A stretch of DNA of 64,000 bases from Desulfosoma sp. (GCA_037481875.1 JBBFKY010000001.1:285782-349781), one strand, 5' to 3'. Shown: positions 35,709 to 45,198, numbered from the stretch's first letter. The notes: a model not told the origin generated them from the letters alone. A program made the numbers and translations.

Positions 35709-38432
35709 ATGGGACTGTTCAATCTCGACCGAATGTTCAATCCGAAGTCCATCGCTGTCATCGGTGCCAGTGAAAGGCCGGAAAGCGTAGGGGCTGCCGT
35801 CATGAGAAACCTCGTGGAAGGCGGTTTTCCAGGCCCCATTTATCCCATCAACCCTCGACATTCCGCCGTTTGGGGACTGAAAGCCTATGCGCGTGTGGAA
35901 GAATCCCCAGCTCCTGTGGACCTGGTCGTGGTGGCCACGCCCATTGAGACCGTTCCAGGAATTATTAGGAGCTGCGGCGCCAAAGGTGTTGCCGGTGCGG
36001 TGATTCTTTCGGCGGGTGGCCGGGAGGTGGGGGAAAAGGGGCGACGGTTGGAGGAGGAGATTGCACGCGAGGCCGCCGCGAACAAGGTTCGCCTCATCGG
36101 TCCCAACTGTCTTGGGTTTATTTGCCCCGGAGCGAAACTCAACGCCAGCTTTGCCGCCCATATGCCCAAACCCGGCCGGTTGGCCTTTATCTCTCAAAGC
36201 GGCGCTCTGTGCACGGCCATTTTGGATCTTTCCCTGCAAGAAGGTATCGGCTTCAGCCATTTTGTCAGTATCGGCTCCATGGTGGATGTGGATTTTGCCG
36301 ACCTCATCGATTACTTGGGCAACGAATTTCGTGTGACCAGCATTCTTCTTTATGTGGAAAGCATTGCCAATCTGCGGAAGTTCATGAGCGCCGCACGGGC
36401 GGTTTCCCGCGTCAAGCCCATTGTCGTGCTGAAATCGGGAAAAAGCCCAGCCGGAGCTCGGGCCGCCTCCTCCCATACCGGAGCCATGGCCGGAGAAGAT
36501 GCCTTGTATGATGCGGCTTTTCGTCGAGCGGGTGTGCTTCGAGTGAACTCCATCGGCGAACTCTTCGATTGTGCCGAACTCCTGGCGAAACAACCTCGAC
36601 CTGAAGGGCCTCGGTTGGCCGTCATCACCAATGCCGGCGGTCCCGGCGTTATGGCGGCGGATGCTCTGTCGGAATACGGCCTGGAGCCGGCACCTTTGAG
36701 CGATGAGACCTTGGCGGCTTTGAATGCCGTGCTGCCGCCGTTTTGGAGTCGCAATAACCCCGTGGACATTCTCGGGGACGCCTCTCCGGAAAGATATGCC
36801 AAAACCCTTCAGATCTGCGTGGAATCCAGGGATATCGATGGGGTTCTTGTGATTCTTACACCCCAGGCTATGACGGATCCCACAGGAGTAGCCCGTCAGG
36901 TGGCCGCTATGGCTTCCAAACGGTCATGTCCCATCCTTGCTTCATGGATGGGAGGTGTTCATGTGGAGGAAGGACGCCGGATTCTCAATCAAGCCGGCAT
37001 TCCTACGTACGCGACTCCGGAACAGGCCATCGGCGCTTTCATGGAGTTGTACCAGTATGCCGTGAATCAAAAGATGCTCAAAGAAATTCCCAAGAGGTTT
37101 CGGGAAGATCTCACCTTTGATGAGGAAAGAGCCAAAAGAATTCTCCAAAAAGGTCTTACCAGATCTCACGGCGTCCTCACCGAAGTGGAATCCAAGGATC
37201 TCCTGGAAGCCTACGGCATTCCCACAACGGTCACCCGCCTTGCTGAAAACGAAGATCAAGCGGCGCTTCTAGCCCGTGACATGGGATTTCCTGTGGTGCT
37301 CAAGATCTGTTCGCCGGACATTCTGCACAAAACGGAAGCAGGAGGCATTCATCTGGATCTGCAAAACGAGGAGCAAGTGCGTACCGCCTACCGAAGCATT
37401 TTGGAAAAAGCCAGGGCCTATAAGCCGGACGCAGACATTCATGGGGTATCGGTGCAACCCATGGTGCGCAGCGTCCAGGGATCGACGGGCGTCGAACTTA
37501 TCTTAGGGGCCAAAAAAGATAATCACTTCGGTCCCGTGATCCTTTTCGGCATGGGCGGTATCTTGGCTGAATTGCTCAAAGACCGTTCCTTGGGGCTTCC
37601 TCCGCTGAATCGAGCTTTGGCTCATCGGCTCATGGAAGACACCAAAGTTTACAAGGTGCTTCGAGGGTACCGGAATCTGCCCCCGGCCAACATGGCGGCT
37701 TTGGAGGAGCTCCTCATTCGGCTCAGTCAGTTGGTGACGGATTTTCCCGAAATTGTCGAGCTGGATATGAACCCCGTCATTTTGCAGCAAGGAAGGCCTT
37801 GGGCGGTGGATGCTCGAGTTATCGTGCAGCCCAGCTCGGTGGCGTCTCCCATGCATCTTATCATCAGCCCGTACCCGGCGCGTTATGAAAAACATGCCGT
37901 CACTTCGGCAGGTCTGCCCGTTTTTATTCGGCCCATCAAGCCAGAAGATGCGCCGCTTCTGGTGGATCTCTTTCATGTTCTTTCTCCCACAAGTATTTAC
38001 TTTCGCTTCTTCAGCCCCCTCAAAGAACTCACCGAAGACATGCTGGCTCGATTTACCCAAATCGATTACGATCGTGAAATTGCGTTGGTAGCCGTGGAAT
38101 CTCCTGGAACGGATCAGGAAAAACTGCTTGGTGTGGCTCGAGTCATCAGTGATCCCGACGGCAAAAAAGCCGAATTTGCCGTGTTGGTGGGGGATCCTTG
38201 GCAAGGGAAAGGCATCGGGGCCTTACTTTTGGAAAATTGCCTGCATATCGCCAAGGAACGGGGGATCGAAACCGTATGGGGCACCGTGCTCAGAGAAAAT
38301 ACGCAGATGCTGGCTTTGGGCCGAAAACTGGGGTTTGCGATCTGTCGTGTTCCTGAAAGCACCGATTGTGAATTGACCATCGATTTGCGCGCTGTCACTT
38401 TTGATGAAAACGGGCGAATTCAGCCCTTTTAG
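35709..38432 (+). CDS. Bifunctional NDP-forming acyl-CoA-synthetase-like / GNAT protein lysine acetyltransferase (Pat/PatZ type)
   Basis: CoA-binding fold FNPKSIAVIGAS; RLIGPNCLG; SQSGA; SHTGAMAG; ATP-grasp; C-terminal GNAT (IRPIKPED..FTQIDYDRE..WQGKGIG). Confidence 0.9.
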   Translation: MGLFNLDRMFNPKSIAVIGASERPESVGAAVMRNLVEGGFPGPIYPINPRHSAVWGLKAYARVEESPAPVDLVVVATPIETVPGIIRSCGAKGVAGAVILSAGGREVGEKGRRLEEEIAREAAANKVRLIGPNCLGFICPGAKLNASFAAHMPKPGRLAFISQSGALCTAILDLSLQEGIGFSHFVSIGSMVDVDFADLIDYLGNEFRVTSILLYVESIANLRKFMSAARAVSRVKPIVVLKSGKSPAGARAASSHTGAMAGEDALYDAAFRRAGVLRVNSIGELFDCAELLAKQPRPEGPRLAVITNAGGPGVMAADALSEYGLEPAPLSDETLAALNAVLPPFWSRNNPVDILGDASPERYAKTLQICVESRDIDGVLVILTPQAMTDPTGVARQVAAMASKRSCPILASWMGGVHVEEGRRILNQAGIPTYATPEQAIGAFMELYQYAVNQKMLKEIPKRFREDLTFDEERAKRILQKGLTRSHGVLTEVESKDLLEAYGIPTTVTRLAENEDQAALLARDMGFPVVLKICSPDILHKTEAGGIHLDLQNEEQVRTAYRSILEKARAYKPDADIHGVSVQPMVRSVQGSTGVELILGAKKDNHFGPVILFGMGGILAELLKDRSLGLPPLNRALAHRLMEDTKVYKVLRGYRNLPPANMAALEELLIRLSQLVTDFPEIVELDMNPVILQQGRPWAVDARVIVQPSSVASPMHLIISPYPARYEKHAVTSAGLPVFIRPIKPEDAPLLVDLFHVLSPTSIYFRFFSPLKELTEDMLARFTQIDYDREIALVAVESPGTDQEKLLGVARVISDPDGKKAEFAVLVGDPWQGKGIGALLLENCLHIAKERGIETVWGTVLRENTQMLALGRKLGFAICRVPESTDCELTIDLRAVTFDENGRIQPF

Positions 38433-38885
38433 GAGCTTGTCCGACAACTTGAAATGAGCCATTCGAGCCCAAGACACAGGGGCAAGGCGCGGCGTGCCCC
38501 TACACCCGAAAATCGCTGTTGTCCTGGAAGCGCCGGCGTCTCACCAGGACACATGGCGGCCTGGAGTTCCGCCGCCCTGAAGAAAAGGTCCAATTGCAGG
38601 CTTGTAGGGGTGAGGCGCCACCTCGCCGCTCCCTTCCCATGCTATTAAAGGCTTTTGTATTGTGAGTTCTCGGCCAGGCTCCTGAAAGGAGACTGTTCGA
38701 GAACGGGTTTTTCCTTGGAAGCGCCGGCGTTTCGTCCGCACACATGGCAGAGCAAAGGTTCTCGTTTCCAGGGAAAAGCCTCCCGTTTCAGGCTTGTAGG
38801 GGCGAAGCGCCACCTCGCCGCTCCCTTCCGATGCCGTTCAAGACTCTAATATTGTGAGTTCTCGCCCAGGCTCCTGGAAGGGGTT
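38433..38885. repeat. Composite repeat region: tandem ~191-bp units of two REP-like classes
   Basis: TGGAAGCGCCGGCGT at 38525 and 38716; AGGCTTGTAGGGG..GCGCCACCTCGCCGCTCCCTTCC..ATTGTGAGTTCTCG.CCAGGCTCCTG at 38598 and 38790; REP at 38476-38503. Confidence 0.8.
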
Positions 38886-38972
38886 GTGAAAACTTTCAAG
38901 TTTTGGTTGAGGCGTGCCGATATTCTTCGATGAAACCCTGAGACCTCGAAACACTTGCTGGATGCCCTAAAG

Positions 38973-40265
38973 ATGGAGATCATCACGACGCACAAGAACG
39001 TGGATTTCGATGCGCTGGCCTCCGTGGTGGCCGCCAAAATTCTGTATCCCGAAGCCCATATCGTTCTTCCTCGAAGCATCAACGCCAATGTAAAGGCTTT
39101 TCTTTCCATTCATAAGGATCTCTTTCCTTTCATGAGTCCTTTGGGGGTGCCTCATGAGCGGGTGTCCCGCCTCATTGTGGTGGACGCCAACCGCTGGGAA
39201 CGTTTGGATAGTATGGAGCCGCTCATGGATCGCTCGGATCTCGAAGTGCACCTTTGGGACCACCATCCCGATATCGGGGATATTCTGCCTGCTTACGGCA
39301 AGCAGAACCTAGTGGGATCCGCTGCCACCTTGTTGGTGCAAGAACTGGAGCGGCGTCGTGCAGCCCTTGACCCCATTCAGGCGACCCTCTTTTTGGCAGG
39401 CATTTACGAAGATACCGGTCATCTCAGCTTTCCGTGCACCAAGGCCGACGACGCACGAGCGGCCGCTTTTCTTCTGGAAGTGCAGGCGGACCTCAACGTG
39501 ATTCAAACAGCTCTAAGACCTGGGTATGGCCCTCAGCATAAGGAAATTCTGAGCCATCTTTTGGAAACCGCCCAGCGCATCAGCATGAACGGGCATGTGG
39601 TGTGTTTCGCCAAGGCTGAGCTGAACGGCCATGTTTCCGGCCTGGGGTCCGTGGTGACCATGCTTCGGGATGTTTTGAGCGCTGATGCCGCTTTTGGCAT
39701 CTTCTGGGATGGACGACGTAAACAAAGCATTGTCATTGCCAGAAGCGGACCCGACAGTCTGGACGTGTCCGTGTTGATGAAACCCCTGGGCGGAGGAGGT
39801 CGGCCGGAAGCGGCCTCCGCTTTGGTCAAAGGCACACGTCCAGAAGGCATCGAAAATTGGCTACGGGAACTCATGGCTCAAAATGGGCATGCCTCCATTC
39901 CTATCTTTGACCTGATGTCCTTTCCGGTCTTTACCGTCGGCCCTGACGAAACGGTGGAATCGGTTCACGCGCAACTTAAGGAACGAGGACACACAGGAGC
40001 TCCGGTTACAGATGGTGAACAATTGGTGGGGGTGATTTCTGTGCGCGACCTCATCAAGCTGGAACGCCCGACCCAGCGATCGGCTCCCGTCAAGGCCTTC
40101 ATGAAAAGAGATGTGATCACCATTGACCCGCATGCGACCATTCCTACAGCCTTGAGGCTCATGGTCAAGCATGACATCGGGCGCTTACCGGTGGTGGAAA
40201 ATGGAAAATTGATTGGGATTGTGACACGCTCGGACTTGATGCTCTACTATTACAATTTGATTTAG
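38973..40265 (+). CDS. DHH/DHHA1 phosphoesterase with C-terminal CBS pair
   Basis: THKNVDFDALAS, VVD, WDHHP, YEDTG, GGGGRPEAASA, two CBS motifs. Confidence 0.82.
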   Translation: MEIITTHKNVDFDALASVVAAKILYPEAHIVLPRSINANVKAFLSIHKDLFPFMSPLGVPHERVSRLIVVDANRWERLDSMEPLMDRSDLEVHLWDHHPDIGDILPAYGKQNLVGSAATLLVQELERRRAALDPIQATLFLAGIYEDTGHLSFPCTKADDARAAAFLLEVQADLNVIQTALRPGYGPQHKEILSHLLETAQRISMNGHVVCFAKAELNGHVSGLGSVVTMLRDVLSADAAFGIFWDGRRKQSIVIARSGPDSLDVSVLMKPLGGGGRPEAASALVKGTRPEGIENWLRELMAQNGHASIPIFDLMSFPVFTVGPDETVESVHAQLKERGHTGAPVTDGEQLVGVISVRDLIKLERPTQRSAPVKAFMKRDVITIDPHATIPTALRLMVKHDIGRLPVVENGKLIGIVTRSDLMLYYYNLI

Positions 40266-40581
40266 GAGGCTGCCCACGTCGCTTCGACGCGCACTGCCGA
40301 CCTTTTGTGCCCAAAAAGCTTGATTGATAACCCTACGGAAGCCGAATCGGCTCAAGGCCCGGCACGTCGTGGGCGCTAAATCCGTGGAAACAGAGCTGAC
40401 AGAGAGGAAAGGCAGCCTCTTTCCTGAGAGGACGTTTCTCTGGCCCCCAAGTTCTGCGAGCTTACGACCCCGTGCTTACGAAAACCCCGTTTCAGTTTTC
40501 TAAGGGCGAGATGCCTCGCCCGCCTTATGAAATGGCATTGAATGTCACGGTCAGTGTGCATGCTCGGAAAAGTCTCTTGAA

Positions 40582-41037
40582 TCAGAACTTTACCGTCTTG
40601 ATGATGGATTCGTATTCTTTCACTTCTTCCGGAGTCAGTTCCCGACGCAAAAGCCTTTTATTGACGAGGATCGGGCATTTTTCGTGTAAAGCAAGGGCGA
40701 CGGCATCACTCGGGCGACTGTCAAAGACCACCTGTTCGTCACCGATGCGTGCAATGATTCGGGCGTAATAGGTATTTTCCTTCATGGTATAAATTTCCAC
40801 ACGTTCAAAGCGCACGCCGGCCCGTTGCAAAATGGTGAGATAGGTGTCATGGGTCAAGGGGCGTTTGGGTTCCACGAACCCCTTTTCCTTGGCGATGGCC
40901 GTGATTTCACTATCACCGACGAACATGAGAAAATACTGGGAAGCGTCCTCGGATTCCTTCAAAATAACCATGTTGCCTTGCTGGCGGTCCGTTTTGATAA
41001 ACACCTCGTTGGCCACGATGAAGTCCTGATTTTCCAT
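40582..41037 (-). CDS. Bifunctional nuclease / DUF151 family protein
   Basis: MFVGDSE..AI, RPLTHD, YYARI, DSRPSDAVALAL; GGAGAG RBS; start 41037. Confidence 0.85.
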   Translation of the reverse strand: MENQDFIVANEVFIKTDRQQGNMVILKESEDASQYFLMFVGDSEITAIAKEKGFVEPKRPLTHDTYLTILQRAGVRFERVEIYTMKENTYYARIIARIGDEQVVFDSRPSDAVALALHEKCPILVNKRLLRRELTPEEVKEYESIIKTVKF

Positions 41038-41093
41038 GGATTCACCTCCGAACGTGTGCGATGCCGATGGCGGCGATACCATTGATTCATGTC

Positions 41094-41122
41094 ATTATAG
41101 GAAGATGCGAACCCAATTGGAA
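41094..41122 (-). promoter_or_regulatory. sigma70-type promoter for the DUF151 gene
   Basis: TTCCAA-N17-TATAAT on the minus strand. Confidence 0.55.
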
Positions 41123-41240
41123 AGAGGAAACGCACGATCCCCTCATGAAGGCTTCTGAACCCCTTTAGCCGGCCTTGAACCCCGCGTTCTTATCCTAAAA
41201 AAGATTCCAAACGGCATTATGAAAACCTTCGGTCCTCAAG

Positions 41241-41269
41241 TTGACAACCAGGTTGAACGGTCCTATAAA
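41241..41269 (+). promoter_or_regulatory. sigma70-type promoter
   Basis: TTGACA-N17-TATAAA. Confidence 0.7.
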
Positions 41270-41344
41270 AACAACGTTTCAAAATTCCCGATCCGCAGAG
41301 AGGTGGGTGAATTTTCCATCGGTGATTCATGGAGGAAAAAGAGC

Positions 41345-41725
41345 ATGAAGATTTGTTTCCCGGCGGCGAATTTAAGCGGTCTAGACAGCGAAGTGTTTGG
41401 GCATTTCGGATCGGCTCCGGGTTTTGTCATCGTGGATACGGAGTCTGGTGAGGTGGAAGAGGTTTCCAACGGGGATTTGCATCATGCCCATGGCATGTGC
41501 CAGCCTCTCAAAGCCTTGGGGGGGCGTTCCGTGGACGGCATTGTGGTCGGAGGCATCGGCATGGGGGCTCTGATGAAGTTGCAGGCCCAAGGCATTCAAG
41601 TTTACAGGGCCATGGAAGGATCGGTTAAGGATAACCTAGATATGTGGCGGCAGGGAAAGCTTCCGCTCTTTTCCGCCGATTGGACGTGTGCTGGGCATCA
41701 TCACGGGGGTGGATGCGCTCACTGA
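41345..41725 (+). CDS. NifB/NifX-family (FeMo-co biosynthesis-like) domain protein
   Basis: VFGHFGSAPGFVIVD, VDGIVVGGIG.GA, GIQVY; His/Cys-rich tail. Confidence 0.82.
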   Translation: MKICFPAANLSGLDSEVFGHFGSAPGFVIVDTESGEVEEVSNGDLHHAHGMCQPLKALGGRSVDGIVVGGIGMGALMKLQAQGIQVYRAMEGSVKDNLDMWRQGKLPLFSADWTCAGHHHGGGCAH

Positions 41726-41746
41726 AAGGGAACGTAAAGGTGCCTT

Positions 41747-41998
41747 ATGCCCATTTATGAATACGTATGCAGCGAATGCGGTCGGGTTTCGGAGCACCTG
41801 GTTTTTGCAAAGGAAGAAACAGTGGCATGCCCTGAATGTGGCAGCGGCGAACTTAAAAGACTTCTTTCTGTTTCTTCCACGGCTTCCGGCGTAAAAGAAG
41901 GCCATCGGCTTCCCGGTTCCCGCGATACGGGATGCTGCGGAAGCAGTCCTGGGACTCAAGGATGTGTTCCAGGCTCTTGTTGTGGAAAAGCTCCTTAG
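41747..41998 (+). CDS. FmdB-family zinc-ribbon protein
   Basis: MPIYEYVCSECG...CPECGS; extra Cys-rich tail. Confidence 0.88.
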   Translation: MPIYEYVCSECGRVSEHLVFAKEETVACPECGSGELKRLLSVSSTASGVKEGHRLPGSRDTGCCGSSPGTQGCVPGSCCGKAP

Positions 41999-42032
41999 CC
42001 AGGCCAAAAGATCGGCAGCGTTTCCCTGAGCG

Positions 42033-43517
42033 CTATCGAATACGCCAACGGGTTCCTTCGGGGGTGTCTTCCAATTGCACCCCCATTTCCGCTAAACGAT
42101 CACGTAGACGATCGGCTTCCTGGAAGTTTTTCTGCTTTCTTGCCGCGTTGCGTTGGGCGATAAGGGCTTCCACGTCGGCTTCAGAAACACCTTTCTGAGC
42201 GATCTTGCGCTTTTTGATTTCGTCGAAAAAAACTTCCGGGGCTCGTTCCAAAAGTCCCAGAATGGATCCGTGATTTTGAAGACATGAGCCGGCTGCGAGG
42301 GCAAGAGCGGCGGCCGGGCCTTTGAGGGTTTTTCGGCCGAAAGTGTCCATGAAGCGCTGTGTGGATCTTTGCAATTCAAAGAGCAAAGCGAGGGCTTGAG
42401 CGGTATTGAAATCGTTGTCCATGGCTTCGCGAAAAGCCTCGGGAAAATCGGTGATTTTGTGAAAGAGTTCTTTGTCTTGATCCATGAGAGCCTTTTCGCT
42501 GAACCCTTTGGCATCCAGGTCTTTGGGTGTTCGTGTGTGGATTTCTTCCAGGGTGGCATAAACGCGTTCCAGAGCCCGTTCAGCTTCCCCAAGAGCTTCG
42601 TCGGAAAAATCCACCGGGTTTCGGTAATGCTTGGAGAGAACGAAAAGCCTCAAGGCTTCCGGATGAACCACCTTGAGAATATCTCGAATGGTAAAAAAGT
42701 TACCCAGGGACTTGGACATCTTCTCGTTGTTGATATTCACAAAGCCGTTATGAAGCCAGTAGCGGACAAAAGGCACGCCGAACGCCGCTTCGCTTTGAGC
42801 GATTTCATTTTCATGATGGGGGAAAATAAGGTCCTTTCCTCCCCCATGCATGTCAAAGGTTGGCCCTAAGTATCGACTGCCCATGGCGGAACATTCAATG
42901 TGCCAGCCGGGTCGCCCGGGTCCCCAAGGACTGTCCCAGGCCGGTTCCCCTGGCTTGCTTCCTTTCCAGAGCACGAAATCCAACGGATTACGCTTGTTGG
43001 CATCTACCTCCACGCGCGCTCCGGCCATCATGTCATCCAGACTGCGTCCTGAGAGTTTTCCATATTCGGGGAATTTTTCTACGGCAAAATAGACATCGGT
43101 GCCCGCCTTATAGGCGATGCCTTTTTCTTCGAGGCGGCGAATGATGTCGATCATTTGAGGAATATTGTCTGTGGCCAAAGGTTCCAGGTCCGGGCGCAGA
43201 ACATCCAGAGCATCCATATCCTCGTAGAAAGCCTGAATGTAACGGTCCGCAATGGTGCGGTAGTCGGTGCCTTCTTCCTGAGCCCTCTTAATGATTTTAT
43301 CGTCGATGTCGGTAAAGTTACGTACATAGATAACGCGGTACCCTAGGTGCTTCAAGTAACGGTAAATCACATCAAAGACGATCGCCGAACGGGCATGGCC
43401 CACGTGGCACAGGTCATAGACCGTAACGCCGCAGACATAGAGCTTAACGGTGCCGGATTCCAGAGGAATAAAGGGTTCTTTTTTCTTCGTCAGGGTGTTG
43501 TAAACAACCAGGCTCAT
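42033..43517 (-). CDS. cysS: Cysteine--tRNA ligase
   Basis: YVCGVTVYDLCHVGH, GRPGWHIECSAM, HHENE, KMSKS. Confidence 0.97.
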   Translation of the reverse strand: MSLVVYNTLTKKKEPFIPLESGTVKLYVCGVTVYDLCHVGHARSAIVFDVIYRYLKHLGYRVIYVRNFTDIDDKIIKRAQEEGTDYRTIADRYIQAFYEDMDALDVLRPDLEPLATDNIPQMIDIIRRLEEKGIAYKAGTDVYFAVEKFPEYGKLSGRSLDDMMAGARVEVDANKRNPLDFVLWKGSKPGEPAWDSPWGPGRPGWHIECSAMGSRYLGPTFDMHGGGKDLIFPHHENEIAQSEAAFGVPFVRYWLHNGFVNINNEKMSKSLGNFFTIRDILKVVHPEALRLFVLSKHYRNPVDFSDEALGEAERALERVYATLEEIHTRTPKDLDAKGFSEKALMDQDKELFHKITDFPEAFREAMDNDFNTAQALALLFELQRSTQRFMDTFGRKTLKGPAAALALAAGSCLQNHGSILGLLERAPEVFFDEIKKRKIAQKGVSEADVEALIAQRNAARKQKNFQEADRLRDRLAEMGVQLEDTPEGTRWRIR

Positions 43518-44014
43518 GAGGCGGCTCCTTGTCTTTGATGAAGAAGGGCGACCGCACAGGCGGCAATACCTTCAACGCGGCCGACAAAACCCAATCCTTC
43601 CGTTGTGGTGGCTTTGATACTTACTGACTGAACATCCACATCCAGCGCTTGGGCCACGGTCCGACGCATTTGGGCGACATAGGGTGCCAATCGAGGCTGC
43701 TGCGCCAAGACGGTGATATCCACATTGACAATGTCGTATCCAGCTTCATGCACCAGGCGGCACACCCTTTCCAACAGAAAGAGGCTGGAGACGTCCTTGT
43801 ACTGAGGATTGGAATCGGGGAAATGGGTGCCGATGTCCCCCAAAGCGGCCGCCCCTAACAAAGCGTCACACAAGGCGTGGCATAAAACGTCCGCGTCCGA
43901 ATGGCCGAGAAGACCCCGGTCATAGGGAATAGGCACGCCACCCAAGACAAGGGATCTTCCAGTGGCAAAAGCATGGACATCCCAGCCCATGCCCACTCGT
44001 AGGTTCATACCCAT
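43514..44014 (-). CDS. ispF: 2-C-methyl-D-erythritol 2,4-cyclodiphosphate synthase
   Basis: RVGMGWDVH, GHSDADV, DIGTHFP, KATTTEGLGF. Confidence 0.96.
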   Translation of the reverse strand: MGMNLRVGMGWDVHAFATGRSLVLGGVPIPYDRGLLGHSDADVLCHALCDALLGAAALGDIGTHFPDSNPQYKDVSSLFLLERVCRLVHEAGYDIVNVDITVLAQQPRLAPYVAQMRRTVAQALDVDVQSVSIKATTTEGLGFVGRVEGIAACAVALLHQRQGAAS

Positions 44015-44736
44015 GGGTTTTCCTTAACGTCGTTTCCGAAGGTCGCAGCTTTTTCCGATTGCTCCAGAAACCATGAGGCCCAGAGCAGATCGTCCGGAGT
44101 CGTGATCTTGATGTTGGATTTTTCTCCGTCCACAATGGCCACACGAACCCCCAAGCGTTCCACAAGGGAGGCATCGTCGGTGGCGTCCCATCCATGGAGG
44201 GTTGCCTGCCGAAAGGCCTCTTCCAAAAGATCTCGGCGAAACACCTGAGGTGTTTGGACCAGCCAGACTCGGTCTCGAGGCACGGTGGATTGCACCCATC
44301 CATCTTCGGCCATTTTGACGGTTTCCACGGCACGGCAGGCGCATACTGCGGCACCGTATCGGCGCGCGGCTTCGTAGGTCCGACGAAAAAGCTCTGAAGT
44401 TGCCATAGGCCGCACACCATCATGAATGATCACCCATCGGCATGTGGGCGGCAAGGCGTGAAGACCCGCCAGCACACTGTCCTGGCGACGGGCGCCGCCG
44501 GCGATCACCTGCACGAGAGGCTTGGAGGCATTTTGGGAAAACATGCCACGGACAACCCCCACAGACTTGGCAGGGACGACGACCATAATGCCGTCTATGA
44601 AAGGCAAGGTGCACAGCCGCTCCAGGGTCCAGGCGAGAATCGGCTTACCGTGCAGGGGATGAAATTGCTTGGGATGGGCAAGCCCCATGCGGACACCGGA
44701 ACCTGCAGCCGGCACCACGGCAAACGTTTCTTCCAT
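44005..44736 (-). CDS. ispD: 2-C-methyl-D-erythritol 4-phosphate cytidylyltransferase
   Basis: VPAAGSGVRMG..PKQF, RRQDSV, IHDGVRP, QTPQVF, TDDASL, NIKITTPDDL; true start 44736 because the longer ORF runs into rnpB. Confidence 0.95.
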   Translation of the reverse strand: MEETFAVVPAAGSGVRMGLAHPKQFHPLHGKPILAWTLERLCTLPFIDGIMVVVPAKSVGVVRGMFSQNASKPLVQVIAGGARRQDSVLAGLHALPPTCRWVIIHDGVRPMATSELFRRTYEAARRYGAAVCACRAVETVKMAEDGWVQSTVPRDRVWLVQTPQVFRRDLLEEAFRQATLHGWDATDDASLVERLGVRVAIVDGEKSNIKITTPDDLLWASWFLEQSEKAATFGNDVKENPWV

Positions 44737-44821
44737 AGGAAAAAGTCGAGTCACGGTTCTGACATCGTTCAGCCGGTGAAAAGGGTTTCTTGCCAATGGT
44801 GCGAATGGTTCAAAGGGATGT

Positions 44822-45186
44822 GAAGGAACCCATAAGCCGGGTTCTGTGCCTTTCCCAAAGAGAAAGGTCCCGATCATTCCTCTAGGCCCCATGTTGCCAT
44901 GAGGCTCAAGCGGCCTACCCGGGAGCCTCGGGCGGGCAACCCTCAAACGCTCCTCTATTTGGCCTTGCTCCGGGTGGGGTTTACCGAGCTCCCGGTGTCA
45001 CCACCGGGACTGGTGAGCTCTTACCTCACCGTTTCACCCTTACCCCGCCATGCCGGCGAGGCGGTTTGCTTTCTGTGGCACTTTCCTGCTCGTCACCGAG
45101 ACTGGGTGTTACCCAGCACCCTGCCCTGCGGAGCCCGGACTTTCCTCCCGTTCCCAAAGGGAACCGGCGATCGGGTGGATTCCTTC
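44822..45186 (-). ncRNA. rnpB: RNase P RNA (bacterial type A)
   Basis: Minus strand contains GAGGAAAGTCCGGGCTCC, GGTAAGGGTGAAACGGTG..AAGAGCTCACCAG, GAGCAAGGCCAAAT and ACAGAACCCGGCTTAT; P1 formed by GAAGGAATCCA/TGGGTTCCTTC. Confidence 0.95.
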
Positions 45187-45198
45187 ACATCCCTTAAG

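Noticed and set aside
35667-36593. 308-aa antisense ORF
   Set aside because: Shadow of the Pat-like gene with no recognisable motifs
41345-41725. Evidence for nitrogen fixation
   Set aside because: Stand-alone NifB/NifX-family domains are common in non-diazotrophic anaerobes, and no other nif genes are present
44737-44946. N-terminal extension of ispD in the ORF track
   Set aside because: It overlaps the conserved 3' part of RNase P RNA; IspD homology begins at MEETF (44736)
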